Below, in pieces: positions 1 through 16,256 of a DNA stretch of 64,000 bases. The position numbers and the translations under genes were made by a program. The notes beneath the pieces were generated by a model, which saw nothing but the letters and a program-made list of their open reading frames with translations, was not told the origin of the DNA and did no database searches. Each line of letters starts with the position of its first letter. Within the stretch, counting starts at the first letter, position 1. The stretch lies in NCBI RefSeq assembly GCF_009914755.1, contig NC_060933.1, one strand, 5' to 3'. The DNA comes from the human T2T-CHM13v2.0 reference genome, Homo sapiens.

Positions 1-1385
1 CAGGAGGACAAAGGGGGTGTTAAGATCCTGTCGCCTCCTGGCCCCAAAGCTTCCACTGTCCTCTCGAGTGCCAAGTGCTGGCATCAGGCCATCCCCAGTC
101 CGAGACAGCCTCCTCTCTACTCCCCACAACCCAGCCAGGCATGTCCTCTTGAAGCTCAATGCAGACCCAGCCAGACGCAGCTTCCTTTCCATCTTCACAC
201 TTTTGCTGCCACTTCCTGAAACACCTCCTCCCCATCTCCGATCTGGAAATCAAAGAGCCTGGGGAATACAGGCTCAGAGCCCAGGCCTCAGCCTGCTCCG
301 AACCTCAGGATGCCAGCCCAAACCAGCCCACCTGGTGGGGCCGCTGTCAGCGCCACCTGGATCCAGAAGCTCCTGGCTGCATGGAGGAGGCCAGAGGGCC
401 TTGGCTGCCTGGAGCCAGGAGCCACGGGCCGTAAGCCGGGTGCTGAGCTGATCTGCACGCCTCTCAGGCTGGGGAAAGGGCTCGTCTGGGGTCAGTGCAA
501 TCGATATCTCATCTGCAGCTCTCCTAGCGGAAGTGATGGCTATTGGAACATGGTAATGGGTGTTGTCTAGTGGAAGAGACTAATCTTCCCGGCTGTGGAG
601 GGCTCTGCAGGTGGCCCACGCGCCAGCAGGCTCCGCTCAGCCGCTCACTGCTGTCACTGCCACCGCTGATGGGGCTATCGAGGCAGTTGTTTTTCTTTTT
701 TTTTTAAGCCCACATCCGGTGACCTATCAAATTGAGGCAAGTTTAAAGCCAGAGCAGCCTGGTGTCACGCTGGTGTCCATCCCAGTCTTCCTGGCACCTT
801 CCTGGCACAAAGCCTCAGAGCTGATCCCGACCCAGTCCTTCCGAGCACAGGTGGGGACACCAAGGCCAGTGACGCCCAAGCCCATGGACTCAACTGGAAG
901 AGGGCCAGGATGAAACGCTAGTCTCCAGACTCCCCAGCCAGCATCACACAGAACACTGACTATGACTAACCCACGGCCAGGGGCCTAACTTGGCCCTTAG
1001 GTATGCCAGGGTTTCTATTGGTCGGCTCAATGCTTCTTGAAAAAACCAGAATTCAAATGCCATCGATACACTGGCTACAGTCCTCACCACTCCCTAATGT
1101 CTCACACTCAGCCAGCTTTACTCATTTTGTCATCTATCTGATCTTGGATCAGTAAAACTGAGGTCTCCACAGAAGGGGGTGAGGAGAAAGGGAACCAGCC
1201 TCCTCCCCTGGAGAGTGGGACTCCAGATCTGGTCTCCTTGTCCCAGAGGCCACGGATCCTGGCAGACTGTGTGCCCTGCTGCCCACTGCTGTGAATGATG
1301 CTCATTACAAATTTCAGTAAATATTAACTGAGCAGCTGCTGTATGCCAGGCCCCAGGGACTCATCAGCCCAGCTAGCACAAAGTC

Positions 1386-1553
1386 CTTTATTTTTTATTT
1401 CATTTTGAGACAGGTTGTCAATCTGTCACTCAGGCTGGAGCACGTGGCACAATCATAGATCACTGCAGCTTCGAACTCCCAGACTCAAATGATCCTCCTG
1501 CCTCAGCCTCCCAAGTAGCCGGGACTACAGGTGTACACCACCATGCCCAGCTA
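1386..1553 (-). mobile_element. Alu right monomer (FRAM/AluJ-like)
   Basis: T-rich tail followed by a diverged antisense Alu right arm. Confidence 0.85.
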
Positions 1554-1989
1554 GAAGCCTTTTATTTCAACGGCTTCATGTGCTGCTCCTTTACGGAGCC
1601 CTCCCAGCAGTTAGCAGTAAGCACTGACCCTCTCGTGGTGGAATTCCAAACACCTGTTACCCCAAGCAGCTTGGTGTCATGGGAAGTGACTGAACTGACT
1701 CTGCCATGAGCTTGCAGAGGGCTCCTCAGGCCAGAACCTTGGGCAGGGCTCGGAACATTTCTGGACCCAGCTTTCTCCAAATGTAAAACAAAAGGCTTGA
1801 ACTCAATGACCCCTGAAGAAGGTAGGTTCCCTTTCTTTTCAAATGTCCTTTGTAGAATTTGTGCAATTTTGAAAGCCCCTCCGGTATTCTCCTCTGTGAG
1901 GCTTCCAGGGGCGGGAGGGGTGGGACCCTGCTGGTAAGACCCCATGGGAGGGCTGGGAGGGGGGCAGGCCATAGAATTTGAGACAAGTG

Positions 1990-2326
<337 letters not shown>

Positions 2327-2441
2327 TCAGAGTTCTAGATGGGCTTGGGCATGCCGATACAAAAAGGACTCTGGGCTGTTTTCCTTTGTGACTTTTGAAA
2401 TGGCGGAGCGGTGTGCGCTAGAAGTGGGTGTTTCTTGATAA

Positions 2442-2555
2442 ATGGGCAGATTCTTAAATCTGGAACCTCTCTGAGTCTGGGGCCTAGGAATCCACCTGTT
2501 TCGCAAGCTGCCTGAGTGATTCTGATGCTCACTGAAATTTGAAGAACACAGGCCT
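2442..2555. mobile_element. MER5-like hAT-Charlie fragment
   Basis: Resembles the MER5 end (..gtgattctgatgctcactgaaatttgaagaacac..). Confidence 0.55.
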
Positions 2556-2857
2556 GGAGAGATGGAGGCCAATGGCATGCACAGAAGCTGATGCCTGATG
2601 ACCAGGCTCCAGGGTGGTTCCTAGGATCTGGGTGGGTTGAGTATCTGCGTGTTTAGCCAGGACCAACTGTGCAGATGCTGCCCACTCGGGCCTCCCCCAC
2701 CCATAAGCCCACATTCACCAGCCTCCCCAGAAAAGACGATCACAGTTGCCACAGCCTCTGAGGGCTCCCTGCAGAGCCACAGGTATTCTGGGGAGCCAAG
2801 TGGTCACAAGCCCCAGTTGGAACTCAGGCAGAACCGGAGCGTGCCGATTACTCCATC

Positions 2858-3020
2858 TCTGAGTCTCAGTTTCCTCATCTGTAAAATGGGCCCAGTAATA
2901 GTACTTATCTTACAGGGTTGTCTTGAGGAATATATTATGCACATAAAGATCTTAAAACAGGGCAGACACCAGGTAACTGTTCCACAAATGAGAACTTTTG
3001 TCCTATTGCTACTGATTATC
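2858..3020 (+). mobile_element. MIR
   Basis: Core ctcagtttcctcatctgtaaaatggg followed by the MIR 3' region. Confidence 0.85.
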
Positions 3021-3041
3021 ACCATTCTGCCCTGACCCCAT

Positions 3042-3381
3042 TGTATTAGTCTGTTTTCACACTGTTATAAAGAAGTACCTGAGACCGGGTAATTTATAAA
3101 GAAAAGAGATTTAATTGACTCACAGTTCTGCATGGCTAGGGAGGCCTCAGGAAACTTACAATCACGGCAGAAGGCAAAGAGGAAGAAAGGCGCGTCTTAC
3201 GTGGTGGCAGGAGTGAGGGAGAGAAGGGGGACTTCCCACACATTTTCAAACCATTAAATCTCGTGAGAACTCACTATCACATGAACAGCATGGGGGAAAC
3301 CACTCCCCTATCCAATCACCTCCCACTATGTCCACAAATCGAGATGAGATTTGGGTAGGGACACAGAGTCAAACCAAATCT
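3042..3381 (-). mobile_element. THE1D-like MaLR solo LTR
   Basis: TGTATTAGTC...GAGATTTGGGTAGGGACACAG..CAAACCAAATC. 5 bp TSD CCCAT (3037-3041 / 3382-3386). Confidence 0.9.
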
Positions 3382-3643
3382 CCCATGCACTGGCTTCCTC
3401 CTCCAGCCCCTCCCCCACACCCTGACCCTGGAGTGGTGGCAGGCACCAGTTGTTACTAATCATGACACAACCCCCACCCCCACAGGGCTTGCAAGGACAC
3501 AGCCAGCCACTCAGTTAAGATGGTAATGAAGCAGCTGTGAAACAAGAGGCCTTTCCATCTGGGATCCCAGCTGACCTGACTCCTGCCTAAGGTTGGGGAA
3601 TCTGCTGTGTGGATGCTGCCCCCCCGCCCAGCTGTTTATCCCT

Positions 3644-3893
3644 GGTGTGATGATGGCTCAGGCTCACTGCAGCCTCAGCCTCCTGGGCTCAAGCCATCCT
3701 CCCACCTCAGCCTCCCCAGTAGCTGGGACGACCTGTGTGCACCACCACGCATGACTGGTTTGTTTTATTTTTGGTAGAGATGAAGTTTTACCATGTTGCC
3801 CAGGCTGGTCTCAAACTCTCTGAGCTCAAGTGATCCTCCCGCCTCAGCCTCCCAAAGGGCTGGGATTAGAGGCGTGAGCCACTGTGCCCAGCT
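3644..3893 (-). mobile_element. AluJ, tail-truncated
   Basis: Diverged antisense Alu sequence. Confidence 0.85.
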
Positions 3894-5823
3894 GCAATCA
3901 CTTATTTATGTCTCTGTTAATCTGCTCGCAGGCCCAGCTCCCGCCTCATTCGCCTCCATGGAGGCAGCCCCCGCCCTTGGGCGCCAATGGTAGGATGGAG
4001 TAGGGGGGCTGTGCGTGGCGAGATGGAAGTAGGAGTACAATGCCCCCTTCCCCTTCCTCTGGATGGGAGTGGCGGAGGGCAACACTCTACAGCTGTGGGT
4101 GAGATGATGCGGCCCTAGAAAAGCTCTGGGACGAAGTACCAAGGGCTACAATCCTGGCCGCTCCTCCCAGTCACTATGTGACTTGGGAAGGGGCTTGACC
4201 CCACCTTGGAGGGACAGGGACATCTGATTCATTCAGAAATTGTTGATTACACTTGCCCTTTGTGTTCAGCACTATTCGAGGTGCTGGGGATATGGAGATG
4301 AAGGAAACAAACCAGCTCCTGGGTGTGCTGGGGGAGGGAGCATCTGGAGAGGGGAGTCAGGGGTCCTCCCGGGAGGGAGAGCGAGAGCAGCCATGTGAAA
4401 AGTGCAGGGAAGGGCATTCCAGGCAGAAGGAACAGCATGTGCAAAGGCCAGAGGGTCAAGGAACCAAAAGGAGTTGAGAGTTGGCTCAGGAGAGAGAGAA
4501 GAATAAGGGGCTAGAGAGGCGGGCAGGGCACGGGCATGCGGTTGATTCTAAGAGCACTGGGAAGCCGTGGGTGCCTGAAGTGATCGAGAAAAGCCAGGTC
4601 AAATGGCAGCCGGGGAACTCCAGGACCCAGGAGTCCTGCTGTCAGAGATCCCAGGCCCCTCAGCCCCACCCTCCCTAACCTCGTAGGCCTGGGGCTCAGT
4701 GAGGTTCATGGCCCCGCTCCTGGGAGCAGCTGACCCTGTGCACCCTGGTGAGCCCCTGAGGGGAAGCTGCTCACCAGGGATTGGGGTCCCCACTCCTTCC
4801 GAGCCCTCTCAACAAGGCGGCTTTGTCTGGCAGCCCCAAGGACCCCCACGCTCCTCCCCAGGCCCCCTACTCTGAGCTCTGAAAGGAGGCTTTATCTGCA
4901 TCCCAGGCCAGACTGCTGGGAAGTGAGTGGCCGGGACTGGCACATGGGGCCAGGCAGCAGCCGCAGCCCTGACTCCTGGGGCTGCAGACACAGAGAGAGC
5001 CCAGGACAAAAGGGTGCCCTGGGGAATCAGCCCGGCCCCAGAGGAAGACAAGAGGACTACACAGGCTCCCCTGCGCCCCATCCCCTCCCCCGCAATCTGG
5101 TCACTTGATCGCAGTGGTCAGTGACACGGCCCTTTGTGCAGCCCCTGCCTCAGGGGAGAAGGAGGCAGGTAAGGCAGCGCTGCTTGTAATCGGACCTCCC
5201 GGGGCCTGCTTCCCGTTCCCTTTCTCTGGTCCTGGGAAGCTTTGGGAGGGTGGGAACGGTTTGTCAAGGACGGTACCTTTCCAAATGAAAAGGAGCTTCA
5301 GGAAAGATCGATGCCCTAAGCCATCACTGGGCCAACTGGAGAGAATGAGAAGCAGAAAGAAGAAAGGCCAGAAAGGCTGATATTTCTGAGCCACCTCTTC
5401 CTGGGTGCGTGGAAGGTGGTACCTCTCAGCCGGGTTTCTGCCACCCTGCTTAGCCCTGGTTAATGTGGATAATGGCAACAATGATGTATTCCAAGTGCCT
5501 CTATGGAGATTACCTCTACCATCCACAATGACCCTCTGTGGCAAGGAGCAGCAGCCCCATTTTACAGGGACAGGTACAGAGGCCCAGAGAGACTAAACCA
5601 CCTGCCCAAAGCCACACGAGAGGCCCAGCCAGGATTCAAACCCAGGAACGTCTGATGCCAGAGCCCAGGCCTTGAACCTTGTGCCTCCCAGCTTGGCTGG
5701 GTCCACCCATCTGCCAATGCTGTGTCCAGAAGCCCCACGTCAGCTCTGTCCTGGCTGTGGACATCCTGGATGTAAGACGTGGGAGGAACCCCAGCCATCA
5801 CCTCTACAAGAAAACTTAAAATT

Positions 5824-6897
<1,074 letters not shown>

Positions 6898-9059
6898 TCA
6901 TGCCTGTTGTATTTGGGAAATGCCAATCATTGCACAAATGGGGAGACTGAGGCCCATAGAGAAGGGCACACCCTGATGAAGGGCCAGTCATAGTCACGAC
7001 CAGGCTGGAATCTGCAGCCACCAGCCTCTGGATGTGCCTCACCCCAGGGGTCACAAGAGGCCCAGCAAGGAGTTAATGCCACTGGGAGGACAGTGAGGCG
7101 CCCCCTGGATCTTGCCCCCCAACTCCAGGAAAGAGGGTAAAGGTGAAGGAAGAAATGGCTGGTTGCCTCCACACTGTGTGCCCTCAGCCCATCTGGGTTG
7201 GGCACCAGGGACTGGGCAGGTGTACAGACTTTACTTCCTGCAGACCCCAGGAGGGCTGTGGCATCGGGAGGGAGACTGAGGCTGCCTGGCCGAGGGGAAG
7301 TGGGATGGTGACAGTGGCCGCGTTGACGGCTCGGCCCCAGGCGCTGCGCCTGAGCTGGTCTCAGCCAAACGTCTAACACTCATAGAGACACAGGCTGGGA
7401 AACCAGAGCTCAGAGAGAAGTCACTTGCAAGTCAGGGGCAGAGATGGGATTCGAACCCAGATCTGTGACTCCGGGCCCTGCGGGCAAGTGCCTAGGAAGA
7501 TGGTGGGGGCCCGTGAGGAATCATCGCAACCAAACCAGCTTCCCTTCTGGCCCCGCACTGAAGCCATGTGAGCTTTCTGGAACACAATTGCATGTTATTC
7601 CTCCCTCTCTTGCCTGAGCTGAAAGCTTCCTGGGGCTCTTTAAAGTGTGACGCTGGTCCCTGGCCACCTCTGGAGCCCTGTCCCCACCTGTCTGGACTCC
7701 CTTTGGATTTTGTCCCTCAGCTAGACTGACCCATTTGCAGTCCCTCAAAAGCTCTGCCACCTGCAAACCGGGCCACCTGGGCCCAGGCTGAGCCCAGTCT
7801 TCCCCACCATCAAAGTCTGCACCCGCAAGGACAGAACATGCAGCGCGTACGGTGCACACTGTAAAGTGCGGTGCCCCCGCTACATGACGACAAGGGAGAG
7901 CAGATCAAACCCAGCCTGGCTGCAGCTGGCGAACGCTAAGAATCCAGCCGCTCAGACCGTGGTCTCTCACTTCCCTGGCATGCCCTTCACTGCCTCCTCC
8001 CGCCCCGTCCTCACTGTCCCCACTGTCCCGAGGGGAGGCAGGTCCACCCTCAGATTTACCAGGGCATGTTAAGACACAGTTTGAAGCCATCTCCGAGGTC
8101 ATGAGGTCATGGCAGTTTCCCATCGATCTATTTGTCCCTCCCTTGCCTGACGCCCTTTGCCCCCATGGGCCCCCAGAGCCATATCAAACTTCAGCAGTTT
8201 CTCCCAAGGTCCAAGGAGCCAAAACACAGGGCAGGGCCTTAAAACACAGCCAGCGGGCGATTTACCAGCTGGGCTGCCCAACCCCTGACCTCCGGAGGAG
8301 ATGTAATGCATCTCCCTGGTTTAGCCGGATCAATGGTGCTGTGAAAAACAGCCCCATGTGGGCCAGTTGGGACAGGAGGGAGACACCCCTGCCGCCAGAA
8401 ATCCCACCCGGACAGCCGCGGAGTCAGCCTCCGTGCACACGCACGGCCCCAGGACCTCGCTGGGCTCGCCGACTGTCTCAGGCAGGAGCTGGGATTGCTG
8501 AGACCAGCCCCTAGAATTCGGATGGGGAAACTGAGGCTGGGGGGCTTCTCAAGGTCACAGAGTAAGTTCAAGGAAGCCTCCAGTTTCCCCAGGGGGAACT
8601 CTCCCTGCTCAGCTTCGGCCTTCTCCTGTGGGCGAAGGTGGCAGTGGCCAGCCAGTCTGGTGGGGCAGTCGTGGTATTGGGGGTATCATAGGTCCCTGGA
8701 AGGCCAAGCTTGGCTGTCCCCCAGCCTCTGGGCAGGACCAGTGGACCCAGTGTGCCTCCAAGGTGGGACTTCCTGCCTTTGACTCTGTGTGGGGCAGAAA
8801 CTCCACCTTCAACAGAGTGTCCTGCCTGAGTCACAACATCCCAACGAGGGCAGAGGCCAGATGCAGCAAGCCACCCCATGCTGGGACCCCCTTGCTCTCC
8901 AGAAAGCACAGTAGCCCATATTTAGGGAGGAAGGTTAACAAGAGCAGGAGGGCTCTGCTTCCAAATTCTCCTCGGTCCTCGTGTGACCCTCTACCCCTAG
9001 CCTGAGCCAGCAGGAAGAGCAGGCGGCTCTACAGCCTCCCGCCTTCAAGCAGGGGCCAT

Positions 9060-9190
9060 AGACCCACAGGGGCCCCTGGGAGCTCACTAGAAAGGCAGAA
9101 TCTGGGCCCCTTTGCTCCAGACCTACTGACCACAGTCTGCATTTTAACAGCTGATACATGCGCGCGCCAAGGCTGAGAGTGCTGGTGTTT
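9060..9190. mobile_element. MER5A1-like hAT fossil
   Basis: agaaaggcagaatctgggcccc..ccagacctactga..tctgcattttaaca. Confidence 0.7.
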
Positions 9191-9519
9191 AGAACCTCCC
9201 GGAGTGAAATGAGAAGGGGTGAGTGTGCATGTGTGTGTTAAGATCTTTACCCTAAAGAAAGGGCCTGAGATGAGGAGGGAAGGTGGGAAGGGAGTTAGGT
9301 AAAAAGGAAGGTAGAATGGAAGGGAGGAAAAAAAAGATACCCTCCAGATGTCCAAAAAGTATCTGAAGTAACTTCATTCACCTCCCATTCCTTCACTGCA
9401 TATTTATTGAGCATCAGAGACATGCTAAGCACTGAGCTGAGCGCTGGGGTAGAGCAGCGAGCAAAATGGGCGAGACCTCAGCCCCATGCGCCCCACCACC
9501 CCACAGCTTACGGTCTCAA

Positions 9520-10091
9520 GCTGTGCTGTCCGGAACAGTAGCCCCACCACGTGTGAGCGCGTGAACTGTGGCCGGTCCCCATTGAGATGCGCTGTGAGTG
9601 TTAAATACACACTGGATTTCAAAGACAGTGCAAACTGGCCAGGCGCAGTGGCTCACACCAGTAATCCCAACACTTTGGGAGGCCGAGGCAGGAGGATTTC
9701 CTAAGCTCAGAAGTTTCAGACCAGCCTGAGCAACATGGCAAAACTCTGCCTCTACAAAAATACAAACATCAGCCCGGCCTGTACTCCCAGCTACTCGGGA
9801 GGCTGAGGTGAGAGGATCACGTGAGCCCAGGAGGTCGAGGCTGCAGTGAGCTATGATCACACTGCCACTGCACTCCAGCCTGGGTAACAGAGCAAGACCC
9901 TGTCTCAAAAAACAGTGCAAGCAAAAGAATGTAAAATATCTCAATTTTAAAAATATTCACTACATGCCGACATGATCATACTGTGAATATATTGCATTAA
10001 ACAAATTCACGTATTTCTTTTTTTTTTAATGCAGCTACTAGAAAACTTTCAATTATGAGGCTTACATTTCTGTTGTACAACACTGCTCTAG
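9520..10091. mobile_element. MER33-like hAT-Charlie element interrupted by an internally deleted AluJ (9637-9911, +)
   Basis: gctgtcc..agtagcc start, aaaagaatgtaaaatatctc and gctactagaaaa internal motifs. Alu TSD ACAGTGCAA. Confidence 0.7.
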
Positions 10092-10249
10092 AGGATGAGA
10101 CAGAAAACAAACTAATAAGCAAACAAAAAGTTACAAGCAAACAAAAATGTAAGAAGATTACATGTGATGAAAAGCCCTGGGAAGGAAACCAGCAGGATGA
10201 GATGCAGGACTGGAGATGAGGAGCGAGGTATCTTCAAATAAAGACATAT

Positions 10250-10460
10250 GAGCTGGCACAGTGGCTCACACCTGTAATCCCAGCACTTTGGGAGGCTGAG
10301 GCGGGGGGATCACTTGAGCCCAGAAGTTTGAGACTAACCTGGGCAAATGGCGAGACCCCGTCTCTACAAAAAATTTAAAAATTATCCAGGTGTGGTGGCA
10401 TGCACCTGTAGTCCCAGTTACTTAGGAGGCTGAAGTGGAAGGATCACTTTAGCCTGGGTG
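10250..10460 (+). mobile_element. AluJ, 3'-truncated
   Basis: Left arm plus part of the right arm. Confidence 0.85.
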
Positions 10461-10539
10461 TAAGTTACATATAGTCAACTGCACAAATCTGAACTGCACC
10501 TCAGGAGTGTTCCATGCCGCTCCCAGTCACTATGGCTGT

Positions 10540-11650
<1,111 letters not shown>

Positions 11651-11706
11651 ATGGTAATGACAATTCTAACCTCTTCAACCCCAATTAAAAATTAATCATT
11701 TACTAA

Positions 11707-12058
<352 letters not shown>

Positions 12059-12059
12059 T

Positions 12060-12530
12060 GCATCATATTTCATTATGGGAATGCACCACGATTTATTTCA
12101 CAACTTCTGTTGACAGATATTTGGGTTGCTCCCAGTTTCTGGCTATTGAAATAGAGCTGCTAGCACGTGGGATTCTGGATCAGATTTTAGACAATCCAAA
12201 GACATTAATGAAAAAACTGATGAAATCAAAGTCTGTAGTTTAATTAGTAATATTGCACCCATGTTAATTTCTTAGTTTTGACAAATGGGCCATGGTTATA
12301 GAAGATGTTAACTGTAGAAGAAAGTGAATGATGAGTATACAGGGGCTCTCGGCACTATCCTTGCAACTTTTCTATAAAGCTAAAATTATTCTGGGCCCAG
12401 GCGTGGTGGCTCACATCTGTAATCCCAGCACTTTAGGAGCCAAGGTTGGAAGATCACTTGAGGCCAGGAGTTCAAGGCCAGCTTGGTCAACAGAGGGAGA
12501 CCCTGTCTGTACAGAACAAATAATAATAAA
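12060..12530. mobile_element. L1M fragments (12060-12390) plus a FLAM/Alu left monomer (12393-12530, +)
   Basis: L1MC/MD-type 3' end (..tatccttgcaacttttctataaagctaaaattattc) followed by an Alu monomer. Confidence 0.7.
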
Positions 12531-12884
12531 AATAATTCCAAAATAAAAATTTTTATAAAAATAAGTAAATAAAGCTAATAGCAAACATCTGCTACAGGCC
12601 ACGGAGGAGTAGTGGGTATACAACTAGCCCTTGATGGAATCTATGAGGCTACTCTGTTCGGTGCAAGACCATAGATTCAGACTGTGCAAGACCACAATCC
12701 CTGAGAGAAGGGAAACCCATGAAGTGAGCCCCACAATCACCAGATCTCTGCCTGGGGCCAATTTCCCAGCCACAGACCAGAGAGCAGGGATCCAAGCTGC
12801 AGTCATCCTGCTGAGCTGGGAGGCAGAGATAAGGACACGGAGCTACTGAGGCCGCAGGGTCTGCAGGGCTGGAGGAAAGGATGA

Positions 12885-13607
<723 letters not shown>

Positions 13608-14632
13608 TGAGGCTTTCCAGAGAGCAGCTGCTGTGAGTGCAGTGTGGGACCAGATCCTTGAAGACCCCCTGGGGGAAAAGAAGCGGGATGGCAGAGGAAA
13701 GGGTGGGAGCGGATCACACAGGTCCCTGAGGGCTGAGAGGAGGGTTTGGCTTTTGCTCCAAGCAAAGTGAAGACACCAAATGGTTTGGGCAGAGGAGTGC
13801 CCTGCCCTGCCATTGATAAAGGGCCCCGCTGGCTGCTGAGTGAAGAGCCTGTTAGATCTGTGGTGGGGGCTCGGGTCAGAGCCGAGGGTGGAGGTGGCTG
13901 TCAGTGTCAGAGCGGAAGCCACTCCAAAGGTGGAGCCCATCAACTGGACCTGGGGGTGGGAGGAAGACAGGAGCCAGGAGGGCTCCAAAGTTCTGGCCTG
14001 TTGATTTCCGAGACACTTGGCTTTTCCTTTTTTCTCCTTTTGAAAACCAGTTAATAGACGCTTGGCTTTTTCTTACAGCAGGTGTGCATTACCATTGCAA
14101 TGAGAAAACCCCAAAAAGACATACCTTTTACTGGAGGGGGAGAAGGCATTCTCCATGTTGAAAGCATTCTCCACTCCTTTCCCGAGGGGAGCCATGAAGG
14201 AGACACGCGTCTTTCCCAGGTGCCCCCCATTGCCCAGTGGTCTGCCCCGTCTGCTGCACAAGGTTTGTCTCTGTCTCTTGCTCCTTCTTCCCGCTATGTG
14301 TGTCCCTCCTGTCCTCCAGCCCCTGAACAGGTGCTGCAGGGATGGACAATGGGGAAGAGCCAGCACTGGGGCTGGGTGGGGGTGGATGAGGGGTGCAAGA
14401 AGTTCAATGAAAGACTTGCCTTTGGTTAAAACAAATTTTTTTTTTTAAAAGAGCATCTTTCTCCCCTATCCGAGCAAGGATGGCCTTTGGGACCACCAAT
14501 GCTTGTGACTACGACTTGCAGAACAGAGACCTCTCTTGGTCTCACTCCTGCGCCCAGCCTCTTGTGGCCTCACTGGCCCTGGCTGTGGTCCCTCCTGCCC
14601 CTCAGGGGTCCCTTCCCACCTCAGAACCTTCC

Positions 14633-15241
14633 TTTTTTTTTTTTAGACGGAGTCTTGCTCTGTCGCCCAGGCTGGAATGCAGTGGCGCCATCTCGGCTTA
14701 CAGCAACCTCCACTTCCCGGGTTCAAGAGATTCTCCTGCCTCACCCTCCTGAGTACCTGGGATTACAGGCGTGTGCCACCATACACCGCTAATTTTTTTT
14801 TCATATTTTTAGTAGAAACAGGGTGGCCGGGTGCGGTGGCTCAAGCCTGTAATCCCAATACTTTGGGAGGCCGAGGCAGGCAGATCACGAGGTCAAGAGA
14901 TTGAGACCATCCTGGCCAACATGGTGAAACCCCGTCTCTACTAAAAATACAAAAATTAACTGGGCGTGAAGGCGCGCGCCTGTAGTCCCAGCTACTTGGG
15001 AAGCTCAGGGAGGAGAATCACTTGAACCCAGGAGGCAGAGGCTTCAGTGAGCCGAGATCGCACCACTGCACTCCAGCCTGGCAACAGAGCGAGACTCCAC
15101 TCCGTCTCAAAAAAAAAAAAAAAAGAAAAAGAAACAGAGTTTCATCATATTGTCCAAACTGGTCTCAAACTCCTGACCTCAAGTGATCTGCTCACTCGGC
15201 CTCCAAAAGTGCTGGGATTACAGGTGAGAGCCATTGCCTGG
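14633..15241. mobile_element. Antisense Alu with a sense AluSc-like copy (14825-15131) inserted in it
   Basis: Host is split at AGAAACAG(G/A)GT, which is duplicated on both sides of the inner Alu. Confidence 0.9.
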
Positions 15242-15860
15242 ATGTCCCAGAACCTTCTCCCTGTTCTGTTACCCAGACTCCTCCTTTCCCTCTCTCTCTG
15301 CCCACCTGGGGCTCGGCCTCCTTCAGGGCTCAGTGTTCCGGGGCCCCTCATCCCCCTCCCCCAACAGTCTCCCCACCCATAGGGTCTCTGCCTCCAGGAG
15401 ACCTCCAGACCTTCCAGCCAGCGTGAGGCCTGTTACAGGCTTGTGTGACTTCCCCTCAGAGCAGTGTCAAGGCTGTAATGAATGATGATTTCTGGGATTT
15501 TTCATTCACTGTCTATCCCCCGTGCTAACCTGGGAGCTTCTCGTTCACCTCAGTATTCTCAGCCCCTAGCAGAAGACCTAACCCATAACTGATGCTCAAA
15601 AGATACTTATTAAATCAAATGATATATAACTCAGACAGAGATGAGTACATCTGAACAAGTGGCGCCCAGGAGCTAGCACGCAGAATGGGCTTTGAAAGTG
15701 GATACAATTTCACTAAGTGAAGATGGAAGAATGGAGGTTTCCAGGGGGGAGAGCTCACCATGAACGAAGAAAGGGAAGCAGGAAAGTGTGTGTCAACTTC
15801 AGTGCCCGGAAGTGCATGCACAGCAAAAAACAAATATTTTTAACCTTTTTACAAAAAATA

Positions 15861-15914
15861 CTGGGAGTCTCTCTCAACCTATTCTGGTCTGGGGGCTGCC
15901 CAATTCATGAATCA
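15861..15914 (+). mobile_element. Short MER57-type ERV1 LTR internal fragment
   Basis: ggagtctctctcaacctattctggtctgggggctgcccaattcatgaatc matches the remembered MER57 consensus. Confidence 0.65.
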
Positions 15915-15952
15915 CCAGAATAAGTAAATAAATGTATAAATAAAATACTTAT

Positions 15953-16256
15953 GGCAGGGTGTGGTGGCTCACACCTGTAATCCCAGCACTTTGAGAGGCC
16001 GAGGCAGACAGATCACTTGAGGTCAGGAGTTTGAGACCAGCCTAGCTAACATGGGGAAACCCTATCTCTACTAAAAATACAAAACTTAGCTGGGTGGGGT
16101 GGCACATGTCTGTTATCTCAGCTACTCAGGAGGCTGAGGCAGGAGAATCACTTGAACCTGGGAGGTGAGGCCGCAGTGAGCCCAGATCATGCCACTGCAT
16201 TCCAGCCTGGGCAACAGAGTGAGACTCCGTCTCAAAAAAAAAAAAAAAAAAAAAAG
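15953..16256 (+). mobile_element. AluS
   Basis: Full dimer with poly-A. Confidence 0.92.

Noticed and set aside
348-363. CTCF-like motifs GATCCAGGTGGCGC (348-363, minus strand) and GATCCAGGGGGCGC (7098-7111, minus strand)
   Set aside because: They match the 3' core but lack the conserved 5' CC of the CTCF motif. They cannot be supported without ChIP data.
1-1300. Possible 3' exons of the neighbouring gene ASS1
   Set aside because: No ASS1-like peptide in any frame. The gene appears to end before this window.
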